Shown: piece by piece, positions 58,590 through 64,000 of the stretch
Position numbering within the stretch: the first letter of the stretch is position 1
How the letters are laid out: the number at the start of each line of letters is the position of its first letter
Origin: an uncultured Chloroflexia bacterium
GTDB taxonomy: Bacteria; Chloroflexota; Limnocylindria; QHBO01
Assembly: GCA_963787025.1 (NCBI GenBank)
Contig: CAWBBG010000027.1
Coordinates: forward strand, 580-64,579
DNA: 64,000 nt
Reading direction: 5' to 3'
Notes under the pieces: model-generated
Database searches by the model: none
The model's input: the letters and a program-made list of their open reading frames with translations, nothing else
Told to the model about the DNA's origin: nothing
Made by a program: the position numbers and the translations under genes

Positions 58590-61500
58590 ATGAACTGCGC
58601 GCAATGTGGAGCCGCGAACGAGGCCGGCAGGAAGTTCTGCCTGGACTGCGGCACGCGGCTCGTGGTGAGCTGCGCCGTCTGCGGAAGCCCGAACACGCCC
58701 GGCGCCCGCTTCTGCGGTGAGTGCGGGTCGCCGATCGCCGAGGCGCCGGAGGAGACGGCACCGGTCCCCGATGCCACCGCGACGCCCATGGAGGCCCCCA
58801 CCGCGGAACGGCGCACGGTCAGCGTCCTCTTCGCCGACCTGGTCGGCTTCACCACCATCTCCGAGTCACGGGACGCTGAGGCAGTCCGGGACCTGCTGAA
58901 CGGGTACTTCGAGACCTGCCGCGAGGTCATCGGTCGGTATGGGGGCACGGTCGAGAAGTTCATCGGCGACGCCGTGATGGCGGTCTGGGGCACGCCGATC
59001 TCCCGCGAGGACGACGCGGAGCGTAGCGTGCGCGCCGCACTCGAGCTCGTCGACGCGGCGGCGCGCCTGGCCGAGCAGGTCAACGTTCCGGAGCTGGCGC
59101 TGCGCGCCGGCGTCCTGACCGGTCAGGCGGCGGTGACCCTGGGCGCGACCGACATGGGCATGGTCGCCGGGGACATGGTGAACACCGCATCCCGCCTGCA
59201 GTCCGCCGCGCAGCCGGGGACCGTGCTGGTCGGTGAGGCGACCCTGCGCGCCGCGTCGGAGGCGATCGCCTTCGAGCCCGCCGGCGAGCTCACCCTCAAG
59301 GGGAAGTCCGCCCCGGTCCCCGCCTTCCGGGCGCTCCGGGTGGTGGCCAAGCGAGGCGGGGTCGGGCGCGCGGAACAGCTGGAGCCGCCGTTCGTGGGCC
59401 GCGACAGCGAGCTGCGGCTCATCAAGGACTTCTTCCACGCCACCGCGCGAGAGCACGGCGTCCGCCTGGTGTCGGTGATGGGCCAGGCCGGCATCGGCAA
59501 GAGCCGCCTGGCGTGGGAGTTCCACAAGTACCTCGACGGGCTCACCGAGACGGTCTACTGGCACCAGGGCCGCTCCCCGTCATACGGCGACGGGGTGAGC
59601 TTCTGGGCACTGGGCGAGATGGTGCGGATGCGCGCCGGCATCGGCGAGGGAGATGACGAGGAGCAGACTCGGACCAGGCTGGGCGAGACCCTCCGCCAGT
59701 TCGTCCCAGACGCCGACGAGCGCAAGCGCCTGGAAGGCCCGCTCCTCCAGCTGCTGGGCATCGGCGCCGCGCAGGGGCGTGAGCGCAGCGAGCTGTTCAG
59801 CGCCTGGCGCACCTTCTTCGAGCGCCTGGCTGATGCCAACACGGTGGTCATGGTCTTCGAGGACCTCCAGTGGGCCGATGACGGCCTGCTGAACTTCATC
59901 GAGGAGATGCTGGCCTGGGCGCGTGGACGTCCGATCTACATCATGACCCTCGCCCGCTCCGAGCTGCTGGACCGGCGGCCGACCTGGGGAGCCGGGCAGC
60001 GCGCGTTCACCTCGCTAGGCCTGCCGCCGTTGACCGATGACGAGATGGCCACCCTGCTCAACGGCATCGTCCCCGGGCTGCCGGACCCGGTGGTCGCGGC
60101 GATCGTGGCGCGGGCAGAGGGGATTCCGCTCTACGCCGTCGAGACCGTTCGGACCCTGCTGAACGACGGGCGCATCGAGCGCGACGGGGACACGTACACG
60201 CCCGTGGGAGACCTGAGCCAGATGGCGGTCCCCGAGTCCCTGCACGCGCTCATCGCGGCCCGGATCGACCACCTGGCACCGCGGGAGCGGACCCTGATCC
60301 AGGATGCATCGATCCTGGGCCTCTCCTTCAGCGTGGCGGCGCTCTCCGCGGTGACCGCGGAACCTGCCGACGCGGAGACGGTGCTCCGTCACCTGGTGCA
60401 GCGGGAGCTGCTCTCCCTCGACGACGATCCACGCTCGCCCGAGCGCGGCCAGTTCCGCTTCGTGCAGGGGCTGCTCCGCGAAGTGGCGTACGGAACCCTG
60501 TCGCACAAGGACCGACGCGCGCGGCACCTCGCCGCGGCGCGCTACTTCGAGACGCTCGGCGACGAGGAGCTGTCCGGCGTGCTGGCCCAGCACTACCTTG
60601 ACGCGTACCGCGCCCAGCCGGAAGGGCCCGAGGGAACCGCCGTCGCCACCCAGGCACGCATCGCCCTTCGCGCGGCCGCCCAGCGCGCAACGGAGCTCGG
60701 GTCGCTCCGACAGGCCCAGCGCTACCTGGAGGATGCCCTCGAGGCGGTCACCGATCCCGCCGAGGAGCTCGAACTCCACTTCGCCGCCGGCAACGCGGCG
60801 GCCAACGCCGCGTACCTCGAAGAGGCGGAAGCGCACATCCTGCGTGTGATCGAGCTGGCCACCGAGATCGGGGACGACGGCGCACGACGGCGCGCCATCG
60901 CGCGGCGCGCAGGGCTCCTGGTGGAGGGGCACCAGGAGCAGGGACGCAAGCTCCTCGTCGACGCACTGGCGGAACCGGGACTGCAGCCCGCGGATCCCGG
61001 CTTCATTGAGCTGTCCATGCAGCTGGCGACGCTCGAGATGCGCCTGTCGAACGCTACCAAGGCGATCGAGGTCGCAGATCGGGCCCTGGCAGCCATGGAG
61101 GCTGCAGGCGCGGAGGACCTGGTGGTCCAGACGCTCATCACCCGCGGCGTGGCGCTGGCCAACATCAACCGGCAGATCGAGGCGGTCGTCACCCTCACCG
61201 GCGCCAAGGCGATCGCGGAACGCCACGGCATGCTGGGCGAGGCACTGCGGGCAGCCGTGAACCTTGGCTACGTCCTCGAGTCCGAGGATCCGCTGCTGGG
61301 CTTCCAGGTCTCCAAGGAAGGCTACGAACAAGCGTCGCGCTTCGGCATCACCTGGGCGATGCGCTACCTGCTCGGCAACGCCTGCGACGGCGCGTTCGCG
61401 GTGGGCGACTGGGACTGGGCTCAGCGCGAGGTGCGCAAGCAGCTGGACCAGGGTGTCGAGGCCCGGGAGCGGCTCTGGTACGAGTCCATCGACCTGATCA

Positions 61501-62135
61501 TCCGCGCCCTGCGCGGCGAAGAGGTCCGAGCCGCAGGAGAGCAGCTCCTCGAGCTGGCCGGCGGGTACGACGACGTCCAGTACCGGCTCTTTCCAACCAG
61601 CGTGCTGATCCAGGCCGGTCTTGCCCACGGGCGGCTCGCCGACGTGCGCCGCCTGGCCGACGAGACGCTGGCGCTCGGGTTCCACGGCCTTGAGGCGGCG
61701 GTGGCCGGTGCACGGGCCTCGATCTGGGAGGGAGATCCCGCGGCGACGCGGCGCTACCTTGCGGCGTACGAGGGTGCCCGTCCCGGCCGCAGGACCGACG
61801 CCATGCGCACGACCATCGAGGCCGGAGCCGCCATGCTCGAGGGTCGTGCGGCCGAGGCGCGCCAGCTCTACGCCGACGCCCAGCGCCGGTGGGACGAGCT
61901 TGGCCTCACGACGTTCCTCGCCCTCTGCCGGATCGACCTGCTGGAGACCGGCGCCATGGAGCCCGCGGAGCGCCGACGCGCGGCCGACGAGGCACGGGCC
62001 TTCTTCGAGCCCCTGGGTGCGGCGCCGCTGCTGGCCCGGATCGACGCCGCCGAGCGGCGCACGAGAGCCACCCCATCGGCCGCCTCCGTCCGTGGCCCGG
62101 TGGCGGAGACCACGACCCTCGTCGACGGGCGCTGA
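58590..62135 (+). CDS. double zinc ribbon + class III adenylate/guanylate cyclase + AAA/STAND ATPase + helical repeats
   Basis: Four CxxC; FADLVGFT, KFIGDAV, GDMVNTASRLQ; GQAGIGKS; FEDLQWAD; GIPLY. Confidence 0.93.
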   Translation: MNCAQCGAANEAGRKFCLDCGTRLVVSCAVCGSPNTPGARFCGECGSPIAEAPEETAPVPDATATPMEAPTAERRTVSVLFADLVGFTTISESRDAEAVRDLLNGYFETCREVIGRYGGTVEKFIGDAVMAVWGTPISREDDAERSVRAALELVDAAARLAEQVNVPELALRAGVLTGQAAVTLGATDMGMVAGDMVNTASRLQSAAQPGTVLVGEATLRAASEAIAFEPAGELTLKGKSAPVPAFRALRVVAKRGGVGRAEQLEPPFVGRDSELRLIKDFFHATAREHGVRLVSVMGQAGIGKSRLAWEFHKYLDGLTETVYWHQGRSPSYGDGVSFWALGEMVRMRAGIGEGDDEEQTRTRLGETLRQFVPDADERKRLEGPLLQLLGIGAAQGRERSELFSAWRTFFERLADANTVVMVFEDLQWADDGLLNFIEEMLAWARGRPIYIMTLARSELLDRRPTWGAGQRAFTSLGLPPLTDDEMATLLNGIVPGLPDPVVAAIVARAEGIPLYAVETVRTLLNDGRIERDGDTYTPVGDLSQMAVPESLHALIAARIDHLAPRERTLIQDASILGLSFSVAALSAVTAEPADAETVLRHLVQRELLSLDDDPRSPERGQFRFVQGLLREVAYGTLSHKDRRARHLAAARYFETLGDEELSGVLAQHYLDAYRAQPEGPEGTAVATQARIALRAAAQRATELGSLRQAQRYLEDALEAVTDPAEELELHFAAGNAAANAAYLEEAEAHILRVIELATEIGDDGARRRAIARRAGLLVEGHQEQGRKLLVDALAEPGLQPADPGFIELSMQLATLEMRLSNATKAIEVADRALAAMEAAGAEDLVVQTLITRGVALANINRQIEAVVTLTGAKAIAERHGMLGEALRAAVNLGYVLESEDPLLGFQVSKEGYEQASRFGITWAMRYLLGNACDGAFAVGDWDWAQREVRKQLDQGVEARERLWYESIDLIIRALRGEEVRAAGEQLLELAGGYDDVQYRLFPTSVLIQAGLAHGRLADVRRLADETLALGFHGLEAAVAGARASIWEGDPAATRRYLAAYEGARPGRRTDAMRTTIEAGAAMLEGRAAEARQLYADAQRRWDELGLTTFLALCRIDLLETGAMEPAERRRAADEARAFFEPLGAAPLLARIDAAERRTRATPSAASVRGPVAETTTLVDGR

Positions 62136-62304
62136 TCCGGCGCCAAGCGCGTCAGAGAGAACGCCTCTCGTAGCGCCTGTGCACAAATGGCCCGATGGAA
62201 CTATTGCCAGACGGTTAAGGTTGGGCTACAACTGGCACGCGTCGCCGACGTTTCTCCCGTCATCCCACAGGAGAGAGGGCGACCCGCGACGGAGGAAGGG
62301 TCTC

Positions 62305-64000
62305 CTGAACCCCTTGCGCGCGCTGCCCAAGCGCACGGCCGGTCGATTCGTGATCGTCGGCGTTGTCGCGCTCGTCCTGCTCGGCGCGGGGCTGTGGGTC
62401 GCCTTCCCGAAACCGGCCCCGGCCATCACGGCCACACCTCCGCATCGCCCCTCGATCCCGATCCTCGCGAGCGTCGGCCTGTCCGGCCGCACCGCCCCCG
62501 CCACAGCCTATCCCGGCGAGAGCGTGATGGTGACCGGGCACGCCCTCGGGACCGCCCCGCTTGTATGGCTGGAGCTGTGGGACGGTTCGACCGAGGTGGC
62601 GGCCACCCGGCAGGTCGGCTCCGCACCCGCGTTCCACGCGGTCTGGGACTGGCACCCGACGAGACCCGGCGAGCACATCCTCTTCACGCGGGCCGTGGAC
62701 GCGGACGGGCGCGTGGCGCAGTCCGATCCGGCTCGCCTCACCGTTGGCGGCGACGCTCTCCCCGACACGGGGGGGCAGGCGTCGGGATCACCAACACTCG
62801 GTGAGCCAGCCGGATCCGGTGGCGGGCCGACCGCAGCGCCGGCATCAGCCCTGCCGCCGCCCCAGGCCACGGCGAGCGTGGACGGGTGTACTGCGACGGT
62901 GGACGTCTCGCCCCAACCGGGGACCGCGACCGGCTTCGCGTTCCTGGCGCTGGCGCCTGGGGCGACGACCTTCCTCCCGCTGGGAACCGTCGCGGCATCA
63001 TCGGGGACGCCCGGACGCCTGGTGGCTGCGCTCCCCGCGGGAGATACGCTGCTGACCGTGACGGCCTTCAACGCCAGCCTGGAGACCTACGGGACGCCCG
63101 TCATGGTGCACGCGCCCGAGAGCTGCGACGTGGCATCGGGCTGGACCGGAAGCCTCAGCCTCGACCATGGTGTGCTCATGCCGGCTCCTCACCCGGACCG
63201 GGCCTATCTGTATGTAACGCAGGACAGCGGCACGGCCCAGCGTGTTCCCGAGGATCCCACGGCGTTCATCGAACCCACCGACGGCGCATTCGACTTCAGT
63301 CACGATCTTCCCGCGGTCACCGGGGAGCACCTCCACATCGAGGCGTGGGGCTGGAGCGCCGGCCAGCTCGCATCGCTCGGAACCGGCGACTGGAGCGCGC
63401 CGCCATCGGCTCCGGCCTCGACGAATGCGTCGTCGAATACGGCCGAGGCGTCGGCGACCTGGTACCTGGGCGCCACTCCTGCGATCGGACTCTCCACCAA
63501 GCTCGACGTGCTGCGCCACGCGATCACCACCGGATGCGGGCGCGAGTTCTGCGACGGACAGGAGCCGGTCACCCACGACGAGCTGCAGCGGCCGGAGCAG
63601 GGCTCGACCGGTCCCGATGCGCGCAACTTCTCCTGGTCCACCTCGCTTGCCGATGTCAGGAGTCTGGTCTGGCAGGTCCTCCCCTACCCGGTCGGTGGCA
63701 CGCCCGACCTGGCGCCGCCGTTTCTCGTCGATTCCGGAACGGTGCCCGTCGACCCGGGCTCGACCTCGGGCGAGTTCAGCATCGACTTCCGGCCGCATCT
63801 CGTCTCCGCTCCCCTGTCGCAAACGGACATCGGTGACACCGCCAAGCTCAGTGGATCGGTCGCCAGCTCGATCTTCGGGGCGGCCTCCAGCGGCGGGGGA
63901 ACGGCGACTCCTTCAGCCAGCGCGTCTGCCCCGCGGGCGGCGCGCACCGGCGGTGCCGTGATTCCGGGCTCGTTCGACTCGGCCACCACCGACGCACAGC
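62305..64000 (+). CDS. membrane-anchored/secreted protein with Ig-like domain (truncated by window end)
   Basis: GGAGGA RBS, CTG or TTG start; TM FVIVGVVALVLLGAGLWVAF; WDWHPTRPGEHILFTRAVDADGRVAQS; the frame appears open to the end. Confidence 0.75.
   Translation, partial: MNPLRALPKRTAGRFVIVGVVALVLLGAGLWVAFPKPAPAITATPPHRPSIPILASVGLSGRTAPATAYPGESVMVTGHALGTAPLVWLELWDGSTEVAATRQVGSAPAFHAVWDWHPTRPGEHILFTRAVDADGRVAQSDPARLTVGGDALPDTGGQASGSPTLGEPAGSGGGPTAAPASALPPPQATASVDGCTATVDVSPQPGTATGFAFLALAPGATTFLPLGTVAASSGTPGRLVAALPAGDTLLTVTAFNASLETYGTPVMVHAPESCDVASGWTGSLSLDHGVLMPAPHPDRAYLYVTQDSGTAQRVPEDPTAFIEPTDGAFDFSHDLPAVTGEHLHIEAWGWSAGQLASLGTGDWSAPPSAPASTNASSNTAEASATWYLGATPAIGLSTKLDVLRHAITTGCGREFCDGQEPVTHDELQRPEQGSTGPDARNFSWSTSLADVRSLVWQVLPYPVGGTPDLAPPFLVDSGTVPVDPGSTSGEFSIDFRPHLVSAPLSQTDIGDTAKLSGSVASSIFGAASSGGGTATPSASASAPRAARTGGAVIPGSFDSATTDAQ

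Noticed and set aside
58590-62135. Cyclase-STAND protein as a novel defence system
   Set aside because: This architecture is common in soil Actinobacteria and Chloroflexota, and no effector genes are adjacent.

Overview
High-GC core-chromosome segment, probably from a Chloroflexota bacterium (inferred from gene content and style only). It holds about 60 densely packed CDSs, one tRNA-Glu(TTC) and a TPP riboswitch; I saw no transposase, integrase or CRISPR array. Scattered small frameshifts in otherwise intact genes look like long-read assembly errors. Housekeeping content: transketolase-like enzyme, class II aldolase, aminotransferase, thiamine salvage (thiN plus ECF), folC-folP-folB, galU, pknB, trxA, rplY, and htrA with a two-component system. 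Most notable: (1) Ku is followed by a lysine-free, apparently catalytically dead DNA-ligase adenylation domain with an Hda-type beta-clamp motif (QLSLPL), and a degenerate NERD protein and a WYL-CYTH operon lie nearby; (2) a b6-type Rieske/cytochrome b operon is headed by a translationally coupled NAD(P)H flavo-Fe-S oxidoreductase; (3) an HTH-4xGAF-GGDEF-degenerate HD-GYP protein; (4) a small protein combining DRR repeats with Cys-rich domains. All calls come from reading motifs by eye; no database searches were run.
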